A stretch of DNA of 64,000 nt from Candidatus Aenigmatarchaeota archaeon (GCA_032249395.1 JAVVFY010000001.1:825-64824), one strand, 5' to 3'; shown: positions 19,425 through 30,136, counted from the stretch's first letter. Translations and numbers: made by a program. The notes: generated from the sequence alone by a model not told the origin.

Positions 19425-19750
19425 TTTCTCTTCACCTGTAAAACTACAAATGCTTTTGTCTTGCTCAATTTTCTAGTTTCTCCTATTATTGCAAAATCTC
19501 CAACGTTTGCATCTATACAAGGGGGCAGATGTGCATACATCTTTGATCTTCTTCTCTCATACCTTTCGTATTTTGGTAAATAATGAAAATATTCTCTCTC
19601 TATTATAGCAGTTTTTTGAGGTCTAAGAGAGACTATTTTTCCTTCGAAAATCCTACCTCTAACCTTTATATTTCCATGCCAAGGACATTTAGCATCTTTA
19701 CATTCTTTTGAAGGTGGAGTTAATCCTTCTATTCCAACGTTATTTACCAT
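19421..19750 (-). CDS. rps17: Ribosomal protein S17 (uS17)
   Basis: CKDAKCPWHGNIKVRGRIFEGKIVS...GDFAIIGETRKLSKTKAFVV. Confidence 0.9.
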   Translation of the reverse strand: MVNNVGIEGLTPPSKECKDAKCPWHGNIKVRGRIFEGKIVSLRPQKTAIIEREYFHYLPKYERYERRRSKMYAHLPPCIDANVGDFAIIGETRKLSKTKAFVVLQVKRK

Positions 19751-19754
19751 TCTC

Positions 19755-19759
19755 TCACC
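19755..19759 (-). promoter_or_regulatory. Shine-Dalgarno-like GGTGA four nt upstream of the rps17 ATG
   Basis: The minus strand reads ...AATCATAGGTGAGAGAATG. GGTGA is complementary to the conserved archaeal 16S 3' end. Confidence 0.45.
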
Positions 19760-20267
19760 TATGATTCTAATTCTTTATATTTCAAAGATATAAAATTAAT
19801 GCTATGAGGTAATAAACTATTTCTGCCTTTTATTACCGCTTATTTACTTTATAAAGACCTAGAATGTTTATTTGAGTTTAGGGAAGCCTTAAAAGAAGTT
19901 ATAAAATACTCTCAAGTAAATCTTTAAATAAAAGGTTTTAATCGTTTTTCTAAATATGGGTAGCGAATACGTTAGATTTAGTAGTTTTTGATAACTACTC
20001 TAGCAACAATACTATAACGTAACATTAAATGAAAAAGTTTTTTAGAAGGTCAGAGTTTAATGAAAAAAAGGAAAGAAAAAGGGAAAAACCAGCAAGAAGT
20101 CATTAGTTGTTTTATTTCTTTTTCTTCTTTGCCATTTTGCTCTTTACCCGGGTTCCGGATGGAACCCTGATATAAATTTCTCGCTCATACTTAAATAATT
20201 TTTGCCGATTTTTTATGAAAATTGGAGGGATTTGCCCATTTTTATTTTTGCAAGTTAACTCTTTAAC

Positions 20268-20495
20268 GTGAGAATAAAAATCTCTGCAACATTTTACGAT
20301 AAATGTGATATTTGTGGAAAGGAGAGCTTAGTTTTTAAGGTTGGGGATGAAGATACAAAGAAGATTGTGGTAATTTGTGAAGAATGTTCAAAAAAATATG
20401 CTAACAGCAGAATAAGTGAAATAATAGATAAATTCGGAAGAAAAGATGAAGAATCTTTTTACCCTGGAATTAAAAATTTAAGCGAAAATAATTAA
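20268..20495 (+). CDS. Small zinc-ribbon protein, unknown function
   Basis: GTG start, 75 aa, CDICGKE...CEECSKK. It ends 3 nt before the nuclease gene. Confidence 0.35.
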   Translation: MRIKISATFYDKCDICGKESLVFKVGDEDTKKIVVICEECSKKYANSRISEIIDKFGRKDEESFYPGIKNLSENN

Positions 20496-20497
20496 TA

Positions 20498-21262
20498 ATG
20501 ATAACTACAAAGAAAGCCTTTATAATTTCCTTGGTTTTAACATTATTACTATTTTTGTTTGATGTTTCAAAGAAAAGTAGCTATTTTTTTGCTTCAAAAG
20601 AAAATTTCCTAGTTTCGAGAGTGATAGATGGGGATACTCTTGAGCTTTCTAATGGAGAGAAAGTAAGACTTATTGGAATAAATGCTCCAGAGATTGGAGA
20701 TTTTTTAGGCGAAGAAGCTAAAAATTTTTTAGCTAGCCTTGTTGAAGGGAAGATGGTAGATTTAGAAGCTGATTACATAGAAAGAGATGAGTATGGGAGA
20801 AGATTAGTTTTTTTGTTTTTAGATGGGAGGAATATTAATGTGGAAATGGTTAGAAATGGATTGGCCCATACTTTTGGGTTAGGAAAGGTTTCAAAATATG
20901 TTAATGAACTAAAAGAAGCAGAAAGTTATGCCATAAAAGAACAAATTGGAATTTGGAAAAAATCAAATATAACTTGCATAAAGCTTATTGATCTTAAAAT
21001 AGTTGGAAACGAAAAGGTTGTTTTAAAGAACGGGTGCAATTTTTCGATCCAACTCAAAAACTGGAGCTTAAAGGACGAGAGTAACAACTTATTTAAGTTC
21101 CCTTCTTATACTTTTAAACCAAATGAAGTAATAGAAATATATTCAACAAATAAAACAGCAAAATTTTCTTTCAAGAAAGAATTCCAAATATGGAATAAAG
21201 AGGGAGATAGTCTTTTTCTGAGAGATTCTCAGGGTTTGCTTGTTTTATTTTATCGTTACTAA
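20498..21262 (+). CDS. Membrane-anchored or secreted thermonuclease (SNase) fused to a lamin-tail-like (LTD) domain
   Basis: N-terminal TM helix. SNase core VSRVIDGDTLELSNGEKVRLIGINAPE...GRRLVFLF...NVEMVRNGLAH. The C-terminus VVLKNGCNFSIQLKNWSLKDESNNLFKFPSYTFKPNEVIEIYS...IWNKEGDSLFLRDSQGLLV follows the LTD pattern. Confidence 0.8.
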   Translation: MITTKKAFIISLVLTLLLFLFDVSKKSSYFFASKENFLVSRVIDGDTLELSNGEKVRLIGINAPEIGDFLGEEAKNFLASLVEGKMVDLEADYIERDEYGRRLVFLFLDGRNINVEMVRNGLAHTFGLGKVSKYVNELKEAESYAIKEQIGIWKKSNITCIKLIDLKIVGNEKVVLKNGCNFSIQLKNWSLKDESNNLFKFPSYTFKPNEVIEIYSTNKTAKFSFKKEFQIWNKEGDSLFLRDSQGLLVLFYRY

Positions 21263-21687
21263 CCACCAGCAAATTTACCAGCATTTAATGAAATTAGTGA
21301 TGCAATACTAGCTACTATTTTTGGTTCTACTATCGCTATATCACTAACAGTTATTATTCCAACCAGCTTTTCATTCATTAAAACAGGAAGCTTTTTAATT
21401 TTGTTTTTAACCATTATATCAACAGCTTTTTCTAATGGCTCATCTGCTTGAATAGTTATAACATTTTTTGTTGCAATTTCATATATTGTAACTTTATCTG
21501 GATCTTTACCTTCTCCAATAGCTTTTAGAATATCTGTGCTAGTTACTATACCAATTATTTTATCATCATCCATAATAACTAAGCTTCCCATGTTCATCTC
21601 TCCCATTACCTTTGCTGCTTCTCTTAGCGTTACTGTTGGCTTAGCAACTACTACATTTTTGTTCATCACATCTTTGACTAACAACAT
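21259..21687 (-). CDS. CBS-domain pair protein
   Basis: Two CBS repeats (VMNKNVVVAKPTVTLREAAKVMGEMNMGSLVIMDDD... and ...ATKNVITIQADEPLEKAVDIMVKNKIKKLPVL). Confidence 0.85.
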   Translation of the reverse strand: MLLVKDVMNKNVVVAKPTVTLREAAKVMGEMNMGSLVIMDDDKIIGIVTSTDILKAIGEGKDPDKVTIYEIATKNVITIQADEPLEKAVDIMVKNKIKKLPVLMNEKLVGIITVSDIAIVEPKIVASIASLISLNAGKFAGG

Positions 21688-21691
21688 AATT

Positions 21692-22429
21692 TTATTTGTT
21701 TTTATTTAATATACGTATTTTCTTTAGTACTAACGCAAAATAAATGCTCAAAAGAATCAAACCTAAAATAAATAAATAAAGCAGAAAATCTAGCTGAGCT
21801 TTAATCTTTGGTAATATTAATGCGAAAATTTCATTATTATCAATTTTTATTGGTAACATAGAAAACAAGTAACCAGAAAAGAAATATGGTAACGATGTTA
21901 ATATGAATATTGTTGCAAACGAAAGTAATTTGTTCTCTAATGTTTCTATTAGGACCAAATACACTATTCCAAAGACTATTGTTGCAATCAATATATAGTT
22001 GAAAATTTCCTTTAGCGATTTGTTAAAGTCAAAACTCATAAAATACATAGGGTTTTTCATATCTATGCACTCCAACAACTTGCAGTTATACTTTTCAAAG
22101 TATACAGAATCCAGTATTTTTGTCGCTAGATAATTGCTTATATTTTCTTCTTTTAGATAAGGCACATCTTTACAATCTATAGTAATATTTATTCCAATAT
22201 CAAAAGTTATTTTGCTTTCGCTTTCGCATTTGTATTTCAGATATTGCAAAGCCAAAGTTTTTTGCTCCTGTGTTAAATTTAATTGAGAGTTTATTATTGG
22301 AATGGCAATTTCTTTTATTGTTTCATAATTTGTAATTTTGATTAACGCTAGTAATAGAATAGTTAATGTTAACGCTAGAATAAAAAGCGTTGAAAATAAC
22401 ATTTTTCCAATAGTTCTAAAAATTCCCAT
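21692..22429 (-). CDS. Membrane protein, unknown function
   Basis: 245 aa with an N-terminal TM helix, a Cys-containing extracytoplasmic segment and C-terminal TM helices. Confidence 0.5.
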   Translation of the reverse strand: MGIFRTIGKMLFSTLFILALTLTILLLALIKITNYETIKEIAIPIINSQLNLTQEQKTLALQYLKYKCESESKITFDIGINITIDCKDVPYLKEENISNYLATKILDSVYFEKYNCKLLECIDMKNPMYFMSFDFNKSLKEIFNYILIATIVFGIVYLVLIETLENKLLSFATIFILTSLPYFFSGYLFSMLPIKIDNNEIFALILPKIKAQLDFLLYLFILGLILLSIYFALVLKKIRILNKNK

Positions 22430-22555
22430 ATTTTCTATTGTTTTTACCTATAAAAACTTGAAAAGAGGGCGAACTTCATTTTCATCCTTCCAGACAATGT
22501 TCTCAATATTTTGAAAACTAACAGAATAATTATTTTGGAAAATAAAAGTATCTTT

Positions 22556-23821
22556 ATGCTAGAATTTTTGTTTAAGCTTTTAGGAATGAAAAGAAAAGTA
22601 GAAGTAGAACAAAAGAAAGATTTCTTGATGATAAGAGAGAATGAACTATCGGAATTCGTTAATTCGCAAATAGTTAACGTAAGTAATCTAATGATGAAGG
22701 ATATTTTGAATTTTGTTTCGTTAATTAATGAAAAATTATATAAATTAGAAAATAGCGTTTCCTTATTAGAGCAAGAAAATATTTCCATACCGGACAAACA
22801 AGTTGAAAAAATTGTAAATACTAAGAAACACGAATTTTTAGGAAAGATTAAACAAGCAATTGAAAAAGTAAAAGAAGTTGACACATCTAATTTAGAAAAT
22901 TTTTCTAAAACATACGAAATTGCTTCATTAAAACTAAAAGAAGTGGATACAATTTCATTAAAGGATTTTTTGAATATCAGAAATTATTTTTCTAACTCAA
23001 AGGTTGTTTTAGAAAGTTTTAAAGATTTATTTGATAACTTTTATTCTTTTCAAGACAAACTAAAAAGCGAACAGTTTTTGGAAATGGTGGAGTTGAGAAA
23101 AGTTTATTCAGATTATTGTTGGATTAAAGATGAGATTTCTTCGAGGAAAAATGAACTAGAAAAGTTAAAATCGGAAATAGAGGAAAAAAGAAAAGAGGTT
23201 GAAAGAAAAAAGGAAGAGTTATTAAAGCTAGAAGATTCAGATGAAATGAAAAGATTATTAGAACTTCAAAAAGAAAAGATGAGAATTAGCTATAAAGAAA
23301 AAGAATTGGCTTCAATTTGTGTTGAAAAGTATTCCAGCTTGGAGCATATTTTCAAAAAGTTAAAGAGACAATTGGAAAATAAAAATTTAAGAGAAGCACG
23401 AATTATAACAGAATTTATCAATTCGCCTTTTGATGCTACAATAAACTATGATATGCAAAAAATTCTTGATGACATTGTTTCATTTATGAAAAATACTAAT
23501 TTCTCTAACGATGAGATATCAAAGATAGAAGATTTGGTTAGAGAAGAATTCTTCTTAAGATTAAAAAAGGAGTATTTTGATTTGGAAAATAGATTAAAAG
23601 AAATAGAAGATGAGATCGAAAAAATAGATATCGTTAATAGAAAACTAAAAATTGAAAATGAAATCAAATCTATCGAGTTTGATTTAGAAGAATTGAATAA
23701 AAAGCTTGAGAGTTTAGATAAAAAACTTAAAGAGCTTGAAGATCTACTTCCAAAATTAAAAGAAACTCTTGAAACTAAACTATCAAAAGTCTCTGGAAAA
23801 GAAATAAAGATTTTGGATTAA
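22556..23821 (+). CDS. Long coiled-coil protein, unknown function
   Basis: About 420 aa and rich in E, K and L with heptad character throughout. ATG at 22556 is preferred over the TTG at 22511. Confidence 0.55.
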   Translation: MLEFLFKLLGMKRKVEVEQKKDFLMIRENELSEFVNSQIVNVSNLMMKDILNFVSLINEKLYKLENSVSLLEQENISIPDKQVEKIVNTKKHEFLGKIKQAIEKVKEVDTSNLENFSKTYEIASLKLKEVDTISLKDFLNIRNYFSNSKVVLESFKDLFDNFYSFQDKLKSEQFLEMVELRKVYSDYCWIKDEISSRKNELEKLKSEIEEKRKEVERKKEELLKLEDSDEMKRLLELQKEKMRISYKEKELASICVEKYSSLEHIFKKLKRQLENKNLREARIITEFINSPFDATINYDMQKILDDIVSFMKNTNFSNDEISKIEDLVREEFFLRLKKEYFDLENRLKEIEDEIEKIDIVNRKLKIENEIKSIEFDLEELNKKLESLDKKLKELEDLLPKLKETLETKLSKVSGKEIKILD

Positions 23822-26800
23822 CCGATATATGGCTGAATTTCTTCTTTTTGTATTTGTCTCCTTCTTTCCTCAAACCTTTTATAGTATTCAATCAGCTCTT
23901 TTGATAAGCTTGGTGGTATTTTCTTTAATGCTTCTTCAAAATGTTTTGCTTTTACTTCCTTAGCATTTATGTCTTCTCTTAAAGCATTCATTGCCGCTTC
24001 TTTAACCAAAGCTTCTAGATCAGCACCAGAATAACCTTCTGTTCTTTTCGCTAATTCTTCTAGGTTAACATCTTTTGCCAATGGAACTTTTCTTGTATGA
24101 ACTTTTAGAATTTCTAATCTTGCCTTTTCATCTGGTGGTGGAATGAAAATAAGTTTATCTAGTCTCCCCGGTCTTAATAATGCTGGATCAACTAGCTCTG
24201 GTCTATTAGTTGCTGCAATTAATACAACGTTTTTAACTTCCTCTATACCTGAAATTTCTGTTAAAAGTTGGGCTACAATTCTTTCAGAAGCTTCATGCAT
24301 TCCTATTCCTCTTCTTGGGGCTAGAGCGTCGATTTCGTCAAAGAAAATTATACAAGGAGCAACTTGTTTAGCCTTTTTGAATAAATCTCTGACTCTCTTC
24401 TCAGACTCTCCAAACCACTTGCTTAATAATTCTGGCCCTTTAACAGCAATAAAGTTTGCTCCACTTTCTGTAGCTACTGCTTTAGCTATTAAAGTTTTTC
24501 CACATCCCGGCGGTCCATAAAGCAAAATTCCTCTATGCGGTTCAATTCCAAGTCTTTCAAAAGATTCTCTATATTTCAAGGGCCATTCAACCATTTCTCT
24601 CAACAATTTTTTAACTTCTTCCAAGCCACCAATATCTTCCCATTTTACTTTTGGAACTTCTACCAAAACTTCTCTCATCGCAGAAGGTTCCACAACTCTC
24701 AAAGCATTTTCAAAATCTTGCTTTGTTACGACAAGCTTTTCTAAAACTTCTTTTGGTACTTCTTCTCCTTCTTTCAACTTATCTCTTATCTCTGGCAAAA
24801 CTCTCCTTAAAGCACTCATAGCAGCTTCTTTACACAAAGCCATTAAATCAGCACCAACAAACCCATGAGTTTTATCTGCTATTTCTTCCAAATTAACATC
24901 TTTAGCTAAAGGCATATTTCTCGTATGAATCTTTAATATCTCTAATCTACCATTTCTATCAGGAACAGGAACTTCAATTTCTCTGTCAAACCTTCCTGGT
25001 CTTCTTAAAGCCGGATCTATATCGTTCGGTCTGTTTGTTGCAGCAATAACAATAACTTTTCCTCTACTTTTCAAACCATCCATCAAACTCAACAAAGTTG
25101 CAACTATTCTTCTCTCAACTTCTCCAGTGACTTCCTCTCTTTTTGGAGCTATCGCATCAATCTCATCAAAGAAAATTATAGCTGGAGCATTCTTTTCTGC
25201 TTCTTCGAAAATTTTTCTTAAATTCGCTTCGCTATTATGAGCAAAAATTCCTCCAAAACCAGCAATGAAATTATGAGTGTTTTCAACTTCCACATCATAA
25301 ACATATTCTGGAGTTTCTATTTCTTTTATTTCAACAATTTCATCAAAGAAAATATCTCCTTCTAAAATCTTTCTTAAGTCGAGTGGAATATCCATTCTCA
25401 AAAGTATATTCTTCCCTATGCTCTTTAGACCATCATAACTTGAATCTATATTTACTTTTGATTTTATTGCATCAAGTGGAACTCTTTCTATTCTACCTTC
25501 CTCTCTACAAGAATTTACATACTCCTCAATCTTTTTGTTTTTAGATGGATTCAAGAATCCTATTTCCAAAAATCTCTCTAAGTTTTGCTTATCTGAAATA
25601 CAGATTCTAAATCTTCCATCTTTTTCTTCATATATTTTTGCAACTATTCCAAAGAATAAAAGCAAGTATGGAATATCATGGGCAATGTTTTTGCTATATG
25701 TAGCTATTTCAACTTGAGGCAAGTAAGTCTTTGTATTTAGAGTACCATCTCCACTTATGTATCCTTTGAGGAATGCTGCTAATTTTTCTCTTGAGACGTT
25801 AAAAACAAAACTAGGTATTTTCTTTTCTCTTGCATGTCCATTAAATCCTAGTGCTTTCATTGCTTTACCTAAAGCTGAGTTAAATATCCAAACATCAGCA
25901 GATTTGCTAGTGTTTTTGTAAATCCTAATTTTATCAAAAGCATTTGATATTATTGCAAGAACAAGCGGAACTTCTTCTGTGTTTAGAGAAAATCTTGGTG
26001 TATTTTTACTATAAGAACCTTCTGCTAACCATAAGCCAAAGAAAAACATTAAGCTATTTGTTAGCTTTAATTGTGAAGGAACTTTACTCCTTTTTGAATA
26101 AATGTTTATTCTTTCTTTTTCTTCGAAGCTAAGACTTATTTCGGCCTCTTTTATAAGCTTAACAAATCTCGAAACTCTTATGCCAATATTTTGATTCTTT
26201 ACGTCGTACAAATACTTCCTATTTGTTCCTAAGATTTTGGCAACTTTATCCCAACCCAATTTATTTGCAGCCATTTCAATAATTGTCCATACTTCCTTTG
26301 GTCTTACAGTCAATCCATAATCTTTTTCTTTCAAAACTTCAAGCAGATCAATTTTTTCTATTGGATTAGAGTTTTCTGGTATAATATTTGGAATTGCGAT
26401 GAATGAACCAACTTTTAATTCATCGGTTCTCTTCGATTCTAGTCCATTTTTAGTTAATGTGAATAGAGAATGATATTCTGTGACTCTAATCTTTCTTCCG
26501 CTTTTTGTTTTTATTTCGAATAGCTTTCCTGTGGCCTTATGTTTTATAAAATCTTTAATTTTTTTGAAAGTTACCTTGAAATTTTCATCAAAACAACCAA
26601 CTTCAACATCTTCTCTATTTTCAACAATCTTTCCTATTTCCTCAAGTTGTATAAAGCCATTTTTTCTTACTAGAATCTTTTCGTCATAAGGCAAAGATTC
26701 TCCATAAAACTTCGATAAGAATTCTGGTCCATTAACTGAAATAAAGTAAGCTCCGCTTTCGTTTGCTACAGCTTTAGCAAGTAAAGTCTTTCCTGTACCA

Positions 26801-27570
26801 GGTGGACCATACAACAAAACTCCCTTTGGAGGTTCAATACCAAGTCTCTCAAAAATTTCAGGATGTCTTAAAGGTAGTTCAATCATCTCTCTAACTTTTT
26901 CAACAACGGGTTTTATACCACCAATATCCTCATAAGTTACAGCAGGAATTGCCCTAGCTTCTAATTTCATTCCCTCTGGCAACTTCTTTAAAACTTCTAC
27001 TTCAGTTATCTCTCCAACTCTAACAATTTTGTTAGAAGGTTCCGTATTGACAACAATAAACTTTGTTTCAGATGGGAAAGGTGTGAAAAAGAAATCTTCA
27101 AAATCTCCACCAAAAAACTCTTCAAAAAAAGTAGTACCTCTCCTTCTTCCAAAAGCCGGAGCAGGAACAATGATATCTCCTTTTACTAAAGGTCTTCCGA
27201 GCAAATTTTGTTTTATTAAATCTGGAGCAACATGCAATATAACGCCAGGCTCAGCAGGAGCTAAAACAACTTTTCTTGCCTCTATTGGTTCGGCTCTTCT
27301 AACAATAACACTTTCTCCTACTCCAACGCCCGCGTTCTTTCTTGTAATTCCATCCATTCTTATAATATTCAAACCAATATCAGCAGGATAAGCTCTTCTA
27401 ACAATAGCGGCAGTTTTTCTCGTTCCTTCTAACTCGACAATATCCCCCTCTTTAACTCCAATTTTTCTCATTGCTTCGCTATCCATTCTAACAATTCCTC
27501 TTCCAGCTTCATCCTTAGCTGTTAATTCACCAACTTTAAGCTTTACTTCTCCATTTGCCATATTATTCAC
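23818..27570 (-). CDS. cdc48: CDC48/VCP-type AAA+ ATPase (two AAA domains) interrupted by an intein
   Basis: N-domain ([25 protein letters not shown]), D1 Walker A GPPGTGKT and D2 Walker A GPPGCGKT with IIFFDEID in both. It is 1250 aa, of which 488 aa are intein; the extein is 762 aa. Confidence 0.9.
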   Translation of the reverse strand: MNNMANGEVKLKVGELTAKDEAGRGIVRMDSEAMRKIGVKEGDIVELEGTRKTAAIVRRAYPADIGLNIIRMDGITRKNAGVGVGESVIVRRAEPIEARKVVLAPAEPGVILHVAPDLIKQNLLGRPLVKGDIIVPAPAFGRRRGTTFFEEFFGGDFEDFFFTPFPSETKFIVVNTEPSNKIVRVGEITEVEVLKKLPEGMKLEARAIPAVTYEDIGGIKPVVEKVREMIELPLRHPEIFERLGIEPPKGVLLYGPPGTGKTLLAKAVANESGAYFISVNGPEFLSKFYGESLPYDEKILVRKNGFIQLEEIGKIVENREDVEVGCFDENFKVTFKKIKDFIKHKATGKLFEIKTKSGRKIRVTEYHSLFTLTKNGLESKRTDELKVGSFIAIPNIIPENSNPIEKIDLLEVLKEKDYGLTVRPKEVWTIIEMAANKLGWDKVAKILGTNRKYLYDVKNQNIGIRVSRFVKLIKEAEISLSFEEKERINIYSKRSKVPSQLKLTNSLMFFFGLWLAEGSYSKNTPRFSLNTEEVPLVLAIISNAFDKIRIYKNTSKSADVWIFNSALGKAMKALGFNGHAREKKIPSFVFNVSREKLAAFLKGYISGDGTLNTKTYLPQVEIATYSKNIAHDIPYLLLFFGIVAKIYEEKDGRFRICISDKQNLERFLEIGFLNPSKNKKIEEYVNSCREEGRIERVPLDAIKSKVNIDSSYDGLKSIGKNILLRMDIPLDLRKILEGDIFFDEIVEIKEIETPEYVYDVEVENTHNFIAGFGGIFAHNSEANLRKIFEEAEKNAPAIIFFDEIDAIAPKREEVTGEVERRIVATLLSLMDGLKSRGKVIVIAATNRPNDIDPALRRPGRFDREIEVPVPDRNGRLEILKIHTRNMPLAKDVNLEEIADKTHGFVGADLMALCKEAAMSALRRVLPEIRDKLKEGEEVPKEVLEKLVVTKQDFENALRVVEPSAMREVLVEVPKVKWEDIGGLEEVKKLLREMVEWPLKYRESFERLGIEPHRGILLYGPPGCGKTLIAKAVATESGANFIAVKGPELLSKWFGESEKRVRDLFKKAKQVAPCIIFFDEIDALAPRRGIGMHEASERIVAQLLTEISGIEEVKNVVLIAATNRPELVDPALLRPGRLDKLIFIPPPDEKARLEILKVHTRKVPLAKDVNLEELAKRTEGYSGADLEALVKEAAMNALREDINAKEVKAKHFEEALKKIPPSLSKELIEYYKRFEERRRQIQKEEIQPYIG
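25234..26697 (-). mobile_element. Intein with a LAGLIDADG homing-endonuclease domain inside cdc48 D1
   Basis: The host motif FYGE|SEANLRKIF is split. The intein starts [10 protein letters not shown] (block A, Ser1) and has IRVTEYH (block B, TxxH), [12 protein letters not shown] and [14 protein letters not shown] (two LAGLIDADG motifs). It ends [23 protein letters not shown], followed by a +1 Ser. Confidence 0.85.
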
Positions 27571-27629
27571 TTTTGCTCCAAATTTAAATTCTTACTTCAA
27601 ATCTATAAACTCTCAATACAAAAATTAGT

Positions 27630-30128
27630 ATGAAGACATATATCACAAGATTAACTCTGCAAGGGTTCAAGAGTTTTAATAGAAAGGTTTCTATTCCATT
27701 TTTTCCCGGGTTAATAGAAATTACTGGCCCGAATGGCAGTGGAAAAAGCAACATTATCGATGCAATAAGTTTTGTCTTGGGGAGAACTTCAGCCAAAAGT
27801 TTGAGAGCAGATAGATTGCACGAATTAATTTTTAGAGGGACTGAAACCAAAAAGCCTGCGGAGTATGCTAGTGTGACTATCTACTTAGATAACTCTCAAA
27901 AAGTTTTTCCGTTTGAAGATAAAGAAATATCAATAACAAGAAAGGTTAACAAAAAAGGATATGTTGTTTATAAGTTGAATGGAAAAACAACAACTAGAGA
28001 AAAGATTCTAGAAGTTTTATCTTTAGCTAATATAAGGCCAGATGGTTATAACATAATTCAGCAAGGAGACGTAACGCGAGTTTTAGAGATGAATCCAGTA
28101 GAAAGAAGAGAGATTATAGATGAGATTTGTGGGATTGCCGAATACAATGAGAAAAAAGAAAAGGCTTTGAAAGATTTGGAGATTGTCGATCAAAAGTTGA
28201 GAGAAGTTGAGATAATAGTAACTCAAAAATATGAAATTTTCAAAAAGCTAGAAGAAGAAAGAAACAATGCAATAAGATACCAAGAGTTGCAAAAGCAATT
28301 AACAATCTTGAAAGCTTCTTACTGGAAGAAAAAAGTTGAGAGTTTGAATGAAAAGTTAAACAAAATTCTTGAGAACATTTCAAAAATTAAAGAGAAAATA
28401 GATGAAGTCGATAAAGAAATAAAAGAGAAAGAGCAAAAACTTGAAGAGATTGAAAAAACAAATGCGGAAATCGTTAAAAAAATTATCGAGCTTTCTAAGA
28501 AGTTTAAGGTTGAAGAAGAAGCAAGCAAAATAAGGTCAAGATTGATGATTATTAGAGAGAAGATCGAAACTAATAAAAGAGAAGCAGAGAGACTTCAAAA
28601 TTTGATTGATGAAATGGAGAAACTTGAAATAAAGAAGGCTGAATTCACAAAAGAAATGTCAAGACCTGTTAGGGAAATATTGAATTTAAGACTTAGAGGT
28701 GTTTATGGAACGATTGCAGACTTGATTTCTGTTCCAGAAGAATATAAAACAGCAATAGAAGTTGCAGCAGCACAGCATTTATACGATATTGTTGTTGAGA
28801 ATGAAGACGTTGCTATAATGTGTATAGACTTTCTTAAGAGAGAAAGAATTGGTAGAGCAACATTTTTGCCATTGAATAAAATAAAACCGCAAGAGTTTAA
28901 GGAGAGAGAGTTATTGGATAGAGAGGGTGTTATTGGAATAGCAAGTAAAATTATAAACTATGATAGAAAGTTCATGCCCGCTATTGAATTTGTTTTTGGA
29001 AACACTTTGATTGTTGATAGTTTACAAACAGCAAAAGAAATCGGAATTGGAAAAGTCAGAATGGTTACTTTAGATGGAGATTTAATAGAGAGAAGTGGAG
29101 CAATTACAGGAGGATATTTAGTAAGGGAGGCAAAGAAAGATGAAAAAGAAAAAGTTAACGTTGAAGAATATAGGAAGCTTAGGCTACAATTGTTAGCAGA
29201 AGTTGAGGAACTGAAGAAAGAAGAAGAAGAACTTGAAAGAAAATTAAAAGAGCTTTCTACATCTGAAGAAAGCAAGGAAATGATAAATTTAGAGAAAATA
29301 AGGATTGCTTCTGAAAAAGAGGTTGAGAGGTTAAGAGAGACTAGAAGAAAATTACAAGACAGAAGAATTAACTTAGAAATTGAGATGAATAGATTAGCAA
29401 TAGAGAAGGCTAAAATAGAGACTGAGTTAGAAAATGCGAGGATTGAATATGAAAAATTTTCTAGTATAGAGACGATAGATGAAAGCTTGAATGTATTAGA
29501 GGAAAAATTGAAGAAAGTTGAGGAGGATCTTAAAAAAATTGGAACAGTCAACCTGAAGGCTATAGAAGAATATGAATTTATGAAAAAGGAATTTGATGTT
29601 TTGAAAGAGAAATATGAAAAGATTTTAGAAGAAAAGAAAGCTGTTTTGAAAATGATTGAGGAAATTGATAGCAAAAGAAGGGAAGTTTTCTTCTCTACTT
29701 TAGAAAAAGTTAGCAAAGAGTTTAACGATGTTTGTAATAGAATGATGGAAGGCGAAGGTGTTCTTATGTTAGAAGATGTTAATAATTTGGAGTCAGGTTT
29801 GTTAATTAAAGTTAAATTGCCGGATAAAGGAGAAGTTGACATTGACGCATTATCTGGAGGGGAGAAAAGTTTGGTCGCTTTAGCGTTTCTCTTTGCATTA
29901 CAGAGGTTTAAACCTTCTCCATTTTATCTTATGGATGAAATAGATGCAGCTTTAGATAAGGAAAATAGTCTCAAAGTTGCGAGATGGCTTAAAGAAGCAT
30001 CCAAAGAGAGTCAGTTTATCATAATTACACATAATGACATAACGTTAAAGTTTGCCGATAAGATTTATGGCTGTACTTTAGAAGAAGGAGAAACAAAAAT
30101 ATTGAGCATAGAACTACCAAAAGAATGA
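27630..30128 (+). CDS. smc: SMC chromosome-segregation ATPase with shortened coiled-coil arms
   Basis: Head: LQGFKSF...GPNGSGKSNIIDAI. Hinge: GVYGTIADLISVPEEYKTAIEVAAAQHLYDIVVENEDVA...GRATFLPLNKI...TLDGDLIERSGAITGG. C-terminal head: LSGGEKSLVALAFLFALQ...FYLMDEIDAALD. It is only 832 aa. Confidence 0.85.
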   Translation: MKTYITRLTLQGFKSFNRKVSIPFFPGLIEITGPNGSGKSNIIDAISFVLGRTSAKSLRADRLHELIFRGTETKKPAEYASVTIYLDNSQKVFPFEDKEISITRKVNKKGYVVYKLNGKTTTREKILEVLSLANIRPDGYNIIQQGDVTRVLEMNPVERREIIDEICGIAEYNEKKEKALKDLEIVDQKLREVEIIVTQKYEIFKKLEEERNNAIRYQELQKQLTILKASYWKKKVESLNEKLNKILENISKIKEKIDEVDKEIKEKEQKLEEIEKTNAEIVKKIIELSKKFKVEEEASKIRSRLMIIREKIETNKREAERLQNLIDEMEKLEIKKAEFTKEMSRPVREILNLRLRGVYGTIADLISVPEEYKTAIEVAAAQHLYDIVVENEDVAIMCIDFLKRERIGRATFLPLNKIKPQEFKERELLDREGVIGIASKIINYDRKFMPAIEFVFGNTLIVDSLQTAKEIGIGKVRMVTLDGDLIERSGAITGGYLVREAKKDEKEKVNVEEYRKLRLQLLAEVEELKKEEEELERKLKELSTSEESKEMINLEKIRIASEKEVERLRETRRKLQDRRINLEIEMNRLAIEKAKIETELENARIEYEKFSSIETIDESLNVLEEKLKKVEEDLKKIGTVNLKAIEEYEFMKKEFDVLKEKYEKILEEKKAVLKMIEEIDSKRREVFFSTLEKVSKEFNDVCNRMMEGEGVLMLEDVNNLESGLLIKVKLPDKGEVDIDALSGGEKSLVALAFLFALQRFKPSPFYLMDEIDAALDKENSLKVARWLKEASKESQFIIITHNDITLKFADKIYGCTLEEGETKILSIELPKE

Positions 30129-30136
30129 AATTTGAT

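Noticed and set aside
22444-22884. 146-aa minus-strand ORF overlapping the start of the coiled-coil gene
   Set aside because: It is low complexity, antisense to an E/K-rich ORF, and has no start context. The + strand gene explains the region.
28958-29842. 294-aa ORF antisense to smc, along with the similar ORFs at 28319..28528 and 27584..27850
   Set aside because: It is a low-complexity S/F/L-rich translation, the mirror image of the E/K-rich coiled coil on the sense strand. The smc reading frame has clear motifs.
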